Origin: Bdellovibrionota bacterium
GTDB taxonomy: Bacteria > Bdellovibrionota_C > UBA2361 > JBGSMV01
NCBI GenBank assembly: GCA_044356455.1
Contig: JBIKWF010000007.1
Span: 1-64,000, forward strand
DNA: 64,000 bases
Direction of reading: 5' to 3'
Below, piece by piece: positions 10,925 through 20,871 of this stretch; position 1 is the first letter of the stretch, and each line of letters starts with the position of its first letter. A program made the position numbers and the translations under genes. Under the pieces are notes generated by a model, which did not search any database, was not told where the DNA came from, and worked only from the letters and a program-made list of their open reading frames with translations.

Positions 10925-11920
10925 ATGCGTACCATTCTAGGGACTTCTGCTATCGCCGCCGCCTCGTTTACGGCACCAGCGTTATCTGCCGCTGAGCCAC
11001 CAGCGATTACACCGACGACGGAGGTGGCTCCTGCTCTTCATAAGGTGCCGCTTTATCTAAAGCTCCATGACGGGAACCTTCTTCGCATCGATCAACGTGG
11101 AGAAAACATTAAGCTCTATGTCACTCGCTCAGGGTATGCGGAAAAAGGAGCCGAAGTTGGCTTTCTCGGATTTGGGGCTGGGACGGACACGCCAGATGCC
11201 AACGTCTTCATTCGGCTGAATGAATTAGAAGCCCTGGCACTGGTCGATAACGATTGGCAAAAGATTTATGACCATGCCACGCGCGAGCAGAAAGACAATC
11301 CCGCTTCAGTATCGCCCGAGATAATTTTGAAGGTTCTTAAACCACTAGTGACTGAAGTTCCAGGGGTGAAGTACCGAACCAACGTTTCAAGTTTTATGGG
11401 ACTTGATACGAGCGCGGTGCTCAAGCCTGCCAAAGATACGCTCGATCTTGAAACGTGGGATCTCGCCGACTTTGATTTCCCTACCGCCAAAAGCTCGTCT
11501 TTTGCGCCTCGGCCGTCTGATTGGAGACCGAGGCAGTCGGAATCGGTTTACCTTAGATTGTCCCTCGATGAGGACGTGCTCCTAAGAATGACAGAAATCG
11601 ATGGGCAGCTGCATTTTTATAAAACTTCCTCGGGATATGCGGTTTCTGGAACGAAGTTGCAGGCCTTTGGGGTTGGTGCCGGCCAGGAGACGGTGCAAGG
11701 GAATCTCTACTTTGAGATTCCTCCCGGTATGGCGAAGGCTTATGTGGATGGAGACTGGCGCAAGCTTTACGAGGCCGCACGTAGGCAGTGGCGCATTATT
11801 GAGTATTCGGTTTCACCCTCTTTGGTAAAGGAGGTGTTCGCTCCCGGAGCTAAAGATGAGCCTGATGCAAGCGCCGCGATAAAACCAGCCACGGAGGAGC
11901 CGGTAAGCAAGAAGGAGTAA
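10925..11920 (+). CDS. Secreted hypothetical protein with an internal domain duplication
   Basis: AAAGGAG RBS before ATG at 10925; Sec-type signal peptide; two homologous halves. Confidence 0.7.
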   Translation: MRTILGTSAIAAASFTAPALSAAEPPAITPTTEVAPALHKVPLYLKLHDGNLLRIDQRGENIKLYVTRSGYAEKGAEVGFLGFGAGTDTPDANVFIRLNELEALALVDNDWQKIYDHATREQKDNPASVSPEIILKVLKPLVTEVPGVKYRTNVSSFMGLDTSAVLKPAKDTLDLETWDLADFDFPTAKSSSFAPRPSDWRPRQSESVYLRLSLDEDVLLRMTEIDGQLHFYKTSSGYAVSGTKLQAFGVGAGQETVQGNLYFEIPPGMAKAYVDGDWRKLYEAARRQWRIIEYSVSPSLVKEVFAPGAKDEPDASAAIKPATEEPVSKKE

Positions 11921-11957
11921 AGTAATGTGGGCGCATCAAAGTTGAAATTTTAGCTGC

Positions 11958-12076
11958 CTAGGGAATCTCCTAATACACCTCTGTGTACCCCGTGTCCTCT
12001 GTGGTGAACTTCTTCATGAAAATTTCACCACAGAGGACACGGAGGTAGACCGAGGTTAGTTTTTCAGAGATTCCCT
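11958..12076 (-). mobile_element. MITE-like palindromic element, subtype A, reverse orientation, one end shortened
   Basis: ggaatctc...tttttcagagattcc ends; inner stem cctctgtggtgaa/ttcaccacagagg. Confidence 0.75.
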
Positions 12077-12473
12077 GGATAGGCAGCTCGTTTTCCCCGC
12101 AACATTTGTCCGATTCTGGACACGAGTGACAGGAGGGCACAGCTTCTTTTGCCACCGCATGAATTGAAAGAGAGTTTTTCTTCTAATGGCAACGAAGGAG
12201 AAAGAGGCTCATTTCTGCCAAACTTTGAGATCGCGCAATTGCGGTGAGGCGGAATTCGACTGCCTGAGAAGTGCTCGCAACTTGCGCAAAATGCAGTTTT
12301 CCAAGGTTTTTTTGCATTAAGGGCACGAAAAAGGGTGTGTAACAGTTTTGGAGGGTGAGGCCCATTTTTGCCTAACTTTTTACTATAGGGTGATTAGTTT
12401 CTTATTTTTAGGCAAAAGAGCAGTGCGTTTTTAGATGACAAATAATCCCGAGCATTTATACTGACTGTCCATC

Positions 12474-13493
12474 ATGGAAAAACTAGACAAGCTCGATCGC
12501 CGTGTGTTGTATGAGTTGGATAGAAACTCACGGCGCTCGGTCTCGCAGCTTGCGAGAGCTCTGCGTGAAGGGCGTGATAGAGTCGAGTACCGCATAGACC
12601 GCCTCGTGGACCGAGGGATAGTAACGGGATTTGCGCCTTCCATTAATCTCTGCAAACTCGGCTTTTCTATCTTCAAAACCTATATACGGCTCGAGAATAA
12701 CCGCACTCGTGTTGCCGAGTTTGTGGCGTATCTTGAGAAACATCCCCGGGTCTATTGGCTCGCGCAGTGTGATGGCACGTGGGATTTGATGATTGCGGTT
12801 TTTGCGCGAGACGAGCACGAATTTCACGAAATTCACACGCGGATGCTGTCAGAGTTCAACGAGGTCGTTCTCAATTTTAGCGCGTATACCCTGGTAGGTC
12901 TTAACTTCTATGGGCGCAGCTACCTTACCAACGCCGGGAAGAAATTCTCCTATGAGTGGGCAAACTCGGGGCGCCTTCCCGTTGATAAGCTTGATTTAAA
13001 GATTCTCGAGCTCCTCACGAAGAATGCGCGAATGTCGAGCGTCGAGATAGCAGAGCGCCTTAACCAGGGGTCGCACAATGTGCGGTACCGCATCGAGCGC
13101 ATGGAGAAGCTCGAGATCATTACGCGCTATCATGTCACACTCGACCTGCATAAGTTGGGAGTGCTGTTCTTTAAAACTCAATTCTTTCTCAGAAATTACG
13201 AGCTCTCTCTGCGGGAGCAGATGGTTGAGTACTGTAAACGTAGTCCCCATGTGACCTGCTATATTCAGCAGATTGGAGATTGCAACGTTGAACTTGAGAT
13301 GGAGGTCGAAGACCACCAGCAGCATTATCAGATCATTGATGACATTCGTGGAAATTCTTCAAAGCTCATCCGCAACTTTCATTCCATTCTTATTCGTGAG
13401 GCCCGCTATCGCTATCTGCCGCACGATATTGTTGAGGGGCTGGGGCTTGAGTCGGAGCGGGAGGATAAGGAGCCGGAGCGGGTTGCTGCCTGA
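12474..13493 (+). CDS. Lrp/AsnC-family regulator with two tandem HTH+RAM units
   Basis: LDKLDRRVLYELDRNSRRS...YRIDRL and VDKLDLKILELLTKNARMS...YRIERM. Confidence 0.85.
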   Translation: MEKLDKLDRRVLYELDRNSRRSVSQLARALREGRDRVEYRIDRLVDRGIVTGFAPSINLCKLGFSIFKTYIRLENNRTRVAEFVAYLEKHPRVYWLAQCDGTWDLMIAVFARDEHEFHEIHTRMLSEFNEVVLNFSAYTLVGLNFYGRSYLTNAGKKFSYEWANSGRLPVDKLDLKILELLTKNARMSSVEIAERLNQGSHNVRYRIERMEKLEIITRYHVTLDLHKLGVLFFKTQFFLRNYELSLREQMVEYCKRSPHVTCYIQQIGDCNVELEMEVEDHQQHYQIIDDIRGNSSKLIRNFHSILIREARYRYLPHDIVEGLGLESEREDKEPERVAA

Positions 13494-13549
13494 GAGGTAA
13501 TGGCCTGGGGCCTATTCGCAGACGCAGCAATCTTCCTTCCGGATACAAT

Positions 13550-13686
13550 CTACGGAACCTCTGAAGAACTCACCGCTGTGTACCTTCGTGTCCTCTGTGG
13601 TGAATCGCTTGATAAATTTTCACCGCAGAGGACGCAGAGGTACACAGAGGTGTATTAAGAATGGATGTTTTTCAGAGGTTCCCTAG
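13550..13686 (+). mobile_element. MITE-like palindromic element, subtype A; right flank CTA is the pdxT stop codon
   Basis: ggaacctctgaag...tttttcagaggttcc-ctag; inner hairpin. Confidence 0.8.
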
Positions 13687-14306
13687 GCAGCTCGCGTAGA
13701 AGAGCGCGGAGTCGGATTCATGGAAGTCTCTCTGGCTGCAACGAGGTTGAGAAAATACTGATGCAGTCTCGCGTCCGTGCCCAGCTCTGTGTGAAATGAT
13801 GAGGCAAGGAGATGTCCCTGTTGGAAGAGCACCGGCTGCTTCTCAAGGTAGGCGAGTACGCTGACTGTTTCAGATAGTGAAGTCAGGAGAGGAGCGCGGA
13901 TAAAGTCCGCTTCAAGTGGAGCGCCCGCAGCAACTTCGTCGGCGACTTCAAGCCGAGCTTTGAATGACTCTTTTTGGGTTCCGTAAAAATTACGAGTGGC
14001 CTTGATGGAGAGCAGTCCAAGAGACTGCTGCGTGGGGTGCTCGACCTCCTTCGCCATGAGTATAGAACCCGCGCAAATGCCCCACATGGGTTTGGTCTTA
14101 CCAAAAAATTGGAGGGGCTCGAACAGGTTCGCCCGCAGCATGAGAGAAAGCATGGTGGTGCTTTCCCCACCAGGAAGAATCATTCGGTCAACGAGGGCAA
14201 GATCTTCAGGGAGGCGAACACGCAGAGAATCTACGCCCAAGGTACGGAGCATGTGCTCATGCGGCTCAATGCAGCCTTGGAGTCCTAGAATCCCTACCCG
14301 CATCAC
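13683..14306 (-). CDS. pdxT: PLP synthase glutaminase subunit
   Basis: GILGLQG, ILPGGESTT, GICAG, RNFYG, FIRAP, SFHTEL. Confidence 0.95.
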   Translation of the reverse strand: MMRVGILGLQGCIEPHEHMLRTLGVDSLRVRLPEDLALVDRMILPGGESTTMLSLMLRANLFEPLQFFGKTKPMWGICAGSILMAKEVEHPTQQSLGLLSIKATRNFYGTQKESFKARLEVADEVAAGAPLEADFIRAPLLTSLSETVSVLAYLEKQPVLFQQGHLLASSFHTELGTDARLHQYFLNLVAARETSMNPTPRSSTRAA

Positions 14307-14340
14307 GCTTCCATCTTACAGACTTACCAACCGCACATAT

Positions 14341-15207
14341 TTACCAGCCACGCTGCGCCAAGCGCTGGCCCTCTGGGATCGCTTCCATGGTCAGTCCTTC
14401 CATGGCCTTGCCGAGGCCACGCGAGACTTTAAGGAGAATCTCTGGCTTATCAAAATACGTGGTGGCCTCAACGACTGCCCGCGCTACTTTAGCGGGGCTC
14501 TCAGACTTGAAGATCCCAGAGCCAACGAATACGGCTTCCGCACCAAGTTGGCGAATGAGAGCGGCATCAGCAGGTGTCGCAACACCGCCAGCGGCAAAGT
14601 TAGGCACCGGGAGTTTCTTCTCACGCGAGACAAGCTCAACGAGTTCAAGTGGAACGCGGAATTCTTTGGCTTTTAGTGCGCGCTCTTCGGGGCTTGCCGT
14701 ACTAAGGTGCAGGAGCTCCTGGTTGATTTGGCGCATATGCCGCACCGCTTCAATGATGTTGCCCGTACCAGCTTCGCCTTTAGTGCGAATCAATGCTGCG
14801 CCTTCGTTAATGCGCCGAAGGGCTTCGCCTAGGTTACATGAGCCGCAAACGAAAGGGGTTTTGAACAGATGCTTATTAACATGGAAGCTGCTGTCGGCGG
14901 GAGTTAGTACTTCAGATTCATCGATGAAATCGATGCCAATAGCTTCTAGTATCTGCGCTTCCGCGATGTGGCCAATACGAACCTTCGCCATGACAGGGAT
15001 GCTCACCGAAGCTTTGATGGCTTCAATCATCTCAGGGTCGCTCATGCGAGCAACGCCGCCTTGTTTTCTGATATCAGAGGGGACGCGTTCGAGAGCCATG
15101 ACGGCTACGGCGCCCGCATCTTCCGCGATGCGAGCTTGTTCCACGTTGACAACGTCCATAATGACGCCGTTACACAGCATGGTGGCAAGTCCGGTCTTTA
15201 GATTCAT
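14341..15207 (-). CDS. pdxS: PLP synthase lyase subunit
   Basis: [48 protein letters not shown] before the ATG at 15207. Confidence 0.97.
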   Translation of the reverse strand: MNLKTGLATMLCNGVIMDVVNVEQARIAEDAGAVAVMALERVPSDIRKQGGVARMSDPEMIEAIKASVSIPVMAKVRIGHIAEAQILEAIGIDFIDESEVLTPADSSFHVNKHLFKTPFVCGSCNLGEALRRINEGAALIRTKGEAGTGNIIEAVRHMRQINQELLHLSTASPEERALKAKEFRVPLELVELVSREKKLPVPNFAAGGVATPADAALIRQLGAEAVFVGSGIFKSESPAKVARAVVEATTYFDKPEILLKVSRGLGKAMEGLTMEAIPEGQRLAQRGW

Positions 15208-15349
15208 CAGGAGTCTCCTCTTAGTGTGCGAAGGCCTCTTAGTAAGCGATATATTGTCGAGCGTCATTATATAGCAGATGAGTGCGGGAAGGCGAATAAG
15301 GGCGCTTTGGCCTCGCTGGGGCGCGTAGACACGGCTCCAGCCCAGTCAG

Positions 15350-15476
15350 CTAGGGACCCCTGAAAAACGCACCTCTGTGTACCTCCGTGTCCTCCGTGGT
15401 GAATTCCTTAATGAAAATTTCACCACGGAGGACACGGAGGTGTATTAAGAATGGGGGTTTTTCAGAGGTTCCCTAA
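15350..15476 (+). mobile_element. MITE-like palindromic element, subtype A
   Basis: ctag-ggacccctgaaaaa...tttttcagaggttcc-ctaa; stem ctccgtgtcctccgtggtgaa/ttcaccacggaggacacggag. Confidence 0.8.
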
Positions 15477-15492
15477 TGGCTCGATAGGATAT

Positions 15493-15524
15493 GCCGTTCT
15501 GATAAGAGGCCGTTCTGATAAGAG
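15493..15524. repeat. Exact 16-bp tandem duplication (gccgttctgataagag x2)
   Basis: Read directly from the sequence. Confidence 0.8.
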
Positions 15525-15590
15525 GGAGCACAGGGCCCCAATAGGACACGGGGCTACAAGGGCTGCAAAAGCAGCTCGAAAAGATAAGAA

Positions 15591-15663
15591 TGACCCCAAC
15601 GGGAGTCGAACCCGTGTCTCCAGCGTGAGAGGCTAGCGTCCTAGGCCACTAGACGATAGGGCC
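15591..15663 (-). tRNA. tRNA-Glu(CTC), CCA not encoded
   Basis: Reverse complement GGCCCTATCGTCTAGTGGCCTAGGACGCTAGCCT-CTC-ACGCTGGAGACACGGGTTCGACTCCCGTTGGGGTCA folds as a cloverleaf. Confidence 0.95.
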
Positions 15664-15956
15664 AAATACCTAAGAGAAGAGAGTAATTAGCAGAACTTGG
15701 AGGCTAGGTCCAACAGGCAGGCCTAAAAATACGCTTCGCGACTATATGTAACCTCCCGATCTCTTTAGTGTCTCATCACCCTGTGGTATATCCAAACCGG
15801 CATTTATTTCTGAGCGGGGTATGAGCCCTAGCCCCATGCCTGGTTTGCACACCTTCTTTGGGAGGTTGGGCCATCCGCCTGGAGCATGAACCTTAGAGAA
15901 GGGAGAAGCGAAAAGGCCTCTGGTTAAACTCGCTTGGAAAGGGAACAAGAGAAGTC

Positions 15957-17288
15957 ATGAATCATTCGGGAGCAGAAAGCTCCACTCCACAGCCAGAAGT
16001 TTACTCGCGGGACGAGCACCCCATCACTCACAAAGACATCGACCCCGATGCGCTTAAAATAATGCAGCGCCTGATCCGGAATGGATTTAAGGCTTACATT
16101 GTTGGCGGCGGCGTGCGCGACGTGCTGCTTGGCAAAAAGCCCAAAGATTTTGATATGGCGACGGATGCAACCCCGCGCCGAATCAAGGCGTTATTCTCCA
16201 ACAGTCGAATCATTGGCCGGCGGTTTAAGCTCGTGCACGTCTTCTTTGGTGGCGGGAAAATTATAGAGGTTGCGACCTTCCGTGATTCTTCAGACCCGGT
16301 AGATGTGGCCGAGGGCGAGGAGAATGATGTTCAGCAGCTCGCGCCGGATAATAGATACGGCACTGAGTATACCGATGCCTTAAGGCGCGATGTTACGATT
16401 AATGGTCTTTTTTACGATTCTGCCTCGGGTTCAATCATCGATTACGTCGGGGGCATTCGGGATTTGAGCGACCGCGTGGTGCGCGTGATCGGAGACCCGC
16501 AGGTTCGTTTTGCCGAAGACCCGGTGCGCATGGTGCGCGTGGTTCGGCACGCGGCTCGCACAGGATTTTCAATCGACAAGCAGGCGTGGGATTCCATCGC
16601 AAAAATGCACCAGCTTCTTCGCAATTGCCCTGCCATGCGGGTTTTTGAAGAGCTCAAGAAAGATCTTCAATCAGGACATTTCCTCAAGATTCTTAGGCTC
16701 CTCGCGCAAACGCAGCTTCTTGATGTCTTTTTGCCAGACTTGCTGCATGACTATCCGGCGATTTTTGCCGAGGGCAGTCCCGTTACCAAAATCCTCGCCG
16801 AGATAGATGAGCGCTTCCGCATCGGAAAGGGGCCATCGGTCGCGGTGGTGCTGTCGGCGATTGCGCTACTTTCTAAGCCCGGGATGACTTCGTTCCTTAC
16901 GCCCGAAGGGGTTGGGTTCGCTTCTCCTGAAGACCTGCAAGAGTATCTAGCGGGATGTTTTAAGTCGCTCGCGGTTCCCAGACGGGAGCGGGAGCGCATT
17001 GATTCTATTCTTACCGGGTGGCTCTTCTTAGTGCTTAACCAGGACGAGACCGTTCGTCCCTCCCGGATTGTTGATTCAGATCTCAAAGAAGATCTCATTC
17101 TGCTTCTTGAGACTCTTGAGGCGCCTGCAAGTTGGATTTCAGCAGTTGAGCGCCAGCCTCATTCGCGCGGCGGGGATGATGATTCTCGTTATCGAGGGGG
17201 CCGCGAGCGCGGTCGTCGCCCAAGGCGGCGAAGGAGCGGAAGGTCGGGCGGTCCTGGGCGTGCGCGAGATGCAGATCCTGCGCTTTAG
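15957..17288 (+). CDS. pcnB: Poly(A) polymerase I
   Basis: VGGGVRD, DFDMAT, the PAP-specific IIGRRFKLVHV motif, RRDVTIN, EDPVRMVR; Arg-rich C-terminus. Confidence 0.9.
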   Translation: MNHSGAESSTPQPEVYSRDEHPITHKDIDPDALKIMQRLIRNGFKAYIVGGGVRDVLLGKKPKDFDMATDATPRRIKALFSNSRIIGRRFKLVHVFFGGGKIIEVATFRDSSDPVDVAEGEENDVQQLAPDNRYGTEYTDALRRDVTINGLFYDSASGSIIDYVGGIRDLSDRVVRVIGDPQVRFAEDPVRMVRVVRHAARTGFSIDKQAWDSIAKMHQLLRNCPAMRVFEELKKDLQSGHFLKILRLLAQTQLLDVFLPDLLHDYPAIFAEGSPVTKILAEIDERFRIGKGPSVAVVLSAIALLSKPGMTSFLTPEGVGFASPEDLQEYLAGCFKSLAVPRRERERIDSILTGWLFLVLNQDETVRPSRIVDSDLKEDLILLLETLEAPASWISAVERQPHSRGGDDDSRYRGGRERGRRPRRRRSGRSGGPGRARDADPAL

Positions 17289-17318
17289 GGGGGCTCTGAA
17301 TAGCTCCCCCTTTAATAC

Positions 17319-17454
17319 TTAGGGAACCTCTGAAAAACCTCGATTTTTAATTTTTCTCCCTGTGATCTCTGTGTCCTCTGTGGTTTTTAAATGATTTAAA
17401 TCAACCACAGAGGGCACAGAGATCACAGAGTGGACTTTTACAGAGGTTCCCTAA
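17319..17454 (-). mobile_element. MITE-like palindromic element, subtype B, reverse orientation
   Basis: ttag-ggaacctctgaaaaa...cagaggttcc-ctaa; inner ctgtgatctctgtgtcctctgtggtt/aaccacagagggcacagagatcacag. Confidence 0.8.
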
Positions 17455-17483
17455 AGTAAGCTTCGAATACTATCCTTATACGC

Positions 17484-18284
17484 ATGGACATATCATTTCC
17501 AGAACTCGCCAAAGCCACGGTCTCCATGTACTCGCGCTGCGCCAAGGAGGCGACTCAGACACTGATCAAAGATTGGCTTTTGGTAGTTGGCTCGGTCGTA
17601 CTCTTTCTTGGATTTTCGGTCGCGGGAGCTTTGCTCGCACCTCTTGGCTTGGTGGGGGGGATGCTCATCGGACTAGTAGGGCTTGCTGCACTTACCTACT
17701 ACTACGCGTGGCTTACGGAGCTTACTCGATCGCCTGGTGGACAGCGCAGGGCTCGCCTCGACAAGGCGACGCTTCTTGAGTTTGATGTGAATCTCTTTTT
17801 TGTTTTGATTAGCGCATCCTTTGTGCTGTGGGTTGTTGACTGGATAGTTGGCAGTTTAATTCTGGGAATGAATGCGGGCTGGGTCAAAGTAATGCTCTCC
17901 GTAGCGCTTATCTTTCTCTTTAATTCTCTGCCCGAGACTTTGTACGTACACCGCTCTCAAAGTCTTTCAGCTTTTCAGGATTCTTTTCAGTTTACGCTGG
18001 CGAATTGGATAGAGTGGTATCTGCCCTTTTTGGTTCTCACGAGTCCGTTTCTTCTTCTCGGGATAGAGCAGTTCCCGCTCTTTTTTGCGATGAATTCCCC
18101 GCTTCTACCTGTAGCGATGGTTTTTCAAGTTCCGCAGCTTGTTTTCCCGTCTGGGCTTGGAGTAATTGCCGCTCTGATGGGGGTCATTCTCGCTAATTGG
18201 TTTATGCTGTTTCGCGGGTTTCTTTTTCAAGAGCTAGAACGCGGAACAAGGCGTCAGCGTATTTTTGCTGCGCGACAAAAATAA
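17484..18284 (+). CDS. Polytopic membrane protein of unknown function, upstream of kdsB
   Basis: About 6 hydrophobic segments; 9-bp gap to kdsB. Confidence 0.7.
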   Translation: MDISFPELAKATVSMYSRCAKEATQTLIKDWLLVVGSVVLFLGFSVAGALLAPLGLVGGMLIGLVGLAALTYYYAWLTELTRSPGGQRRARLDKATLLEFDVNLFFVLISASFVLWVVDWIVGSLILGMNAGWVKVMLSVALIFLFNSLPETLYVHRSQSLSAFQDSFQFTLANWIEWYLPFLVLTSPFLLLGIEQFPLFFAMNSPLLPVAMVFQVPQLVFPSGLGVIAALMGVILANWFMLFRGFLFQELERGTRRQRIFAARQK

Positions 18285-18293
18285 GGGTGCCAC

Positions 18294-19085
18294 ATGAAAA
18301 ATCCTTACTGCCTCGGTGTGATCCCTGTGCGTATGAAAAGCACTCGGCTTCCGGGCAAGCCCCTTAAGGACATTGCTGGTAAGACGCTGATGCAACGGGT
18401 TTGGGAGCAAGCCAAGAAAGCGACTTTGGTGACAGAAGTGGTGATTGCCACTGACGACCAGGGGATTTTTGAGCATGCAAACGCCATCGGAGCTCGGGCC
18501 GTAATGACGAGCGACCAACATCTTACTGGTTCTGACCGTGTAGCGGAGGTGCTTTCTCTTTGGAAGCAGCGCGTTCGAACGCCCGACCTGATTGCCAATA
18601 TTCAAGGCGATATGCCCTTTATAAGTCCAGCGGTGATAGACCAAACCATTCAGACGCTAGTGGAGGGAGGGGAGGAGTTCGGCATGAGCACCGTGGCCAC
18701 GCCCATCGAGTCAGAAGAGGACTTTCATAGGCCTGCGGTCGTTAAGGTGGCGCTCGCAAATGATGGCGGAGCGCTCTATTTTTCGCGGGCTCCTATTCCT
18801 TTTTGGCGTGAGCCTGGGGAAGTTAAACCCACAGAGGCAGAGCCCGTAGGGTACAAGCACATGGGCTTGTATGTGTTTAGACCGGCTGCCCTTGAGCGCA
18901 TCACCACTCTACCTCCGTCGCTTCCTGAGCGCCGGGAGAAGCTTGAGCAGTTACGAGCGCTCTGCGGTGGAATTCGAATTAAGGTTGCGGTGGTGTCTAA
19001 TGCTGCGGTTCAGCCCTCTATCGAGGTTGATACACCGGAAGATCTGGCGCGGGCGATTGAGGCGGCTCGTGGATTTGGAGCTTAG
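18294..19085 (+). CDS. kdsB: CMP-KDO synthetase
   Basis: STRLPGKPL, ATDD, TGSDR, NIQGD.P, ALYFSRAPIP, EKLEQLRAL, VDTPED. Confidence 0.96.
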   Translation: MKNPYCLGVIPVRMKSTRLPGKPLKDIAGKTLMQRVWEQAKKATLVTEVVIATDDQGIFEHANAIGARAVMTSDQHLTGSDRVAEVLSLWKQRVRTPDLIANIQGDMPFISPAVIDQTIQTLVEGGEEFGMSTVATPIESEEDFHRPAVVKVALANDGGALYFSRAPIPFWREPGEVKPTEAEPVGYKHMGLYVFRPAALERITTLPPSLPERREKLEQLRALCGGIRIKVAVVSNAAVQPSIEVDTPEDLARAIEAARGFGA

Positions 19086-19131
19086 GGTACGGGCTTAGTA
19101 TGTTGCCTCAGTCTGGGGGGCTTACCTGGAG

Positions 19132-19266
19132 CTAGGGCAGCTCTGAAAAAGTCTGCTCTGTGAACTCTGTGCCCTCTGTGTTTGATTTAAATTGTTGAAA
19201 AACCACAGAGGGCACAGAGCTCACAGAAAGAAAAAATGAAATAGGGATATTTTTCAGGTTCCCTAA
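19132..19266 (+). mobile_element. MITE-like palindromic element, subtype B
   Basis: ctag-ggcagctctgaaaaa...tttttcaggttcc-ctaa; inner hairpin. Confidence 0.8.
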
Positions 19267-19380
19267 TTAAACCCATGGCTTTCAGACAATATTGCTGCGG
19301 TGACGGGAAGTACCCTGAGTGCTAGAAATAGGGGACTCTTTTGCAACTACCCGTACTTTACTATTGGGAGACTAGCCCCC

Positions 19381-20169
19381 ATGGCTTCCGGTCGAAGAAA
19401 GCAGATTGATATCGCAACCATCCTTGGCGCCATCGCTGCCTTTGGGTTGGTATTCTACGGCATTAGGCTGGGAGGAGACCTTAAGGTTTTCTGGGACCTT
19501 CCCTCCTTCCTGATCGTCTTTGGCGGTACCTTAGGAGCTGCCCTCATTAATCACCCACTCAGTGAAATCGGCCGAACAGCAAGTCTTATAAAGACGGCAC
19601 TCTTGCCTGATCGTTCCTCTCTACGTCACCGGATTGCCCGCATACTCCATTTCTCCCGAAGACTCCGCTCTGAGGACATGGCTTCTTTGCGCAGTGAGTT
19701 CGAAGAAGAACACGATCCTTTCTTTCGGCAATGCCTTGAGCTTCTTCTTGAGGGGGTAGATGAGCATGAGATTCGGCGCGTGATGGCTATCGAGCTTACG
19801 TTCCTTGAAGATCGGCACCGAAGCGGCGCGCGCCTTTTCCAGAATATGGGCGCGATAGCTCCCGCCATGGGACTTGTGGGAACGTTAATTGGTCTCGTGC
19901 AGATGCTTCAGAATTTAGACTCTCCAGCCAAGATTGGTCCGTCGATGTCGGTGGCGCTTATTACTACTTTTTATGGAGCCTTACTTGCCTATCTTGTGTG
20001 CCTGCCGATTGCGGGCAAGCTGCGAGTGCGAAGCGAAGAGGAATTTGTGCTTAAGGAACTCACCATTGAAGGCGCAGTGAGTCTCTCGCAGCGTCTTAAT
20101 CCAAGGGCGATCGAGCGCCGTCTACTTGGTTTCCTTCCGTCTGATAAGCGTACTTCGGAATACGATTAA
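19381..20169 (+). CDS. motA: MotA/PomA-family stator subunit
   Basis: PSFLIVFGGT, APAMGLVGTLIGLVQML, IGPSMSVALITTFYG, PIAGKL. Confidence 0.9.
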   Translation: MASGRRKQIDIATILGAIAAFGLVFYGIRLGGDLKVFWDLPSFLIVFGGTLGAALINHPLSEIGRTASLIKTALLPDRSSLRHRIARILHFSRRLRSEDMASLRSEFEEEHDPFFRQCLELLLEGVDEHEIRRVMAIELTFLEDRHRSGARLFQNMGAIAPAMGLVGTLIGLVQMLQNLDSPAKIGPSMSVALITTFYGALLAYLVCLPIAGKLRVRSEEEFVLKELTIEGAVSLSQRLNPRAIERRLLGFLPSDKRTSEYD

Positions 20170-20214
20170 CGCTCAGAGCTAAGTGGTCGGTATAAAAAAG
20201 CTCACGGTGCAAGT

Positions 20215-20868
20215 ATGATATCTCGTAGGTCTCGCAGGCTGCGCCCTAGTGATTCCGCGCCGGATCAGAGCTTCTCCATGTCCTTTGCGGCCTTGGTGAT
20301 GATTCTTCTTTGCTTTTTTATCTACCTTAATTCCCAGATTCTCACCGATCCCATGCGCAGCTCGCGCGTCGTAGAGGCGTTACGAGAGCACTACGGCGGC
20401 GAGGAGGGGCTCAGAAAACTCCGTGCGAGTTGGGTTTCACCGAGTCAGATTATTGAGGTGGCACGCCAGGCGGGATTTGAAGCTCTTGAAAAAGACGGGC
20501 GCATTTTTTTGATGCTGCCGGGGCGTAAGCTCTTTTTAAGCGGAGATGATGAGCTTCGACCAGAGTACGTTCCGACTCTTAAGAGGATAGCTGATCTCGT
20601 GGCCACCTTGAAGCTTAAAGCTATGATTGAGGGGCATACCGACAATCAGGCGATGAGCAGCGCAAGATTCCAGTCGAACTGGGAGCTCTCTTCTGCGCGT
20701 GCGGTTTCGGTTCTCAAGATTTTTCTTGCGAGCGGAGTGTCTCGCGACAAAGTCTCAGCCGCAGGCCGCGGGGAGTATGTGCCACTTGCATCTAACGACG
20801 ACGAGGAAGGGCGTGCGCGAAATCGCCGCGTTTCTATCGTCATTGAATCGGCAGAGGAGGGGCTCTAG
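20215..20868 (+). CDS. MotB-like protein (TM + OmpA-like domain) lacking the conserved TM aspartate
   Basis: TM FSMSFAALVMILLCFFI; IEGHTD, SNWELSSARA, NRRV. Confidence 0.85.
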   Translation: MISRRSRRLRPSDSAPDQSFSMSFAALVMILLCFFIYLNSQILTDPMRSSRVVEALREHYGGEEGLRKLRASWVSPSQIIEVARQAGFEALEKDGRIFLMLPGRKLFLSGDDELRPEYVPTLKRIADLVATLKLKAMIEGHTDNQAMSSARFQSNWELSSARAVSVLKIFLASGVSRDKVSAAGRGEYVPLASNDDEEGRARNRRVSIVIESAEEGL

Positions 20869-20871
20869 TCG

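Noticed and set aside
13996..15274. Long + strand ORFs (226 and 295 aa) over pdxT/pdxS
   Set aside because: Antisense to clearly identified genes; typical shadow ORFs
15957..17288. CCA-adding enzyme call
   Set aside because: The IIGRRFKLVHV signature favours poly(A) polymerase
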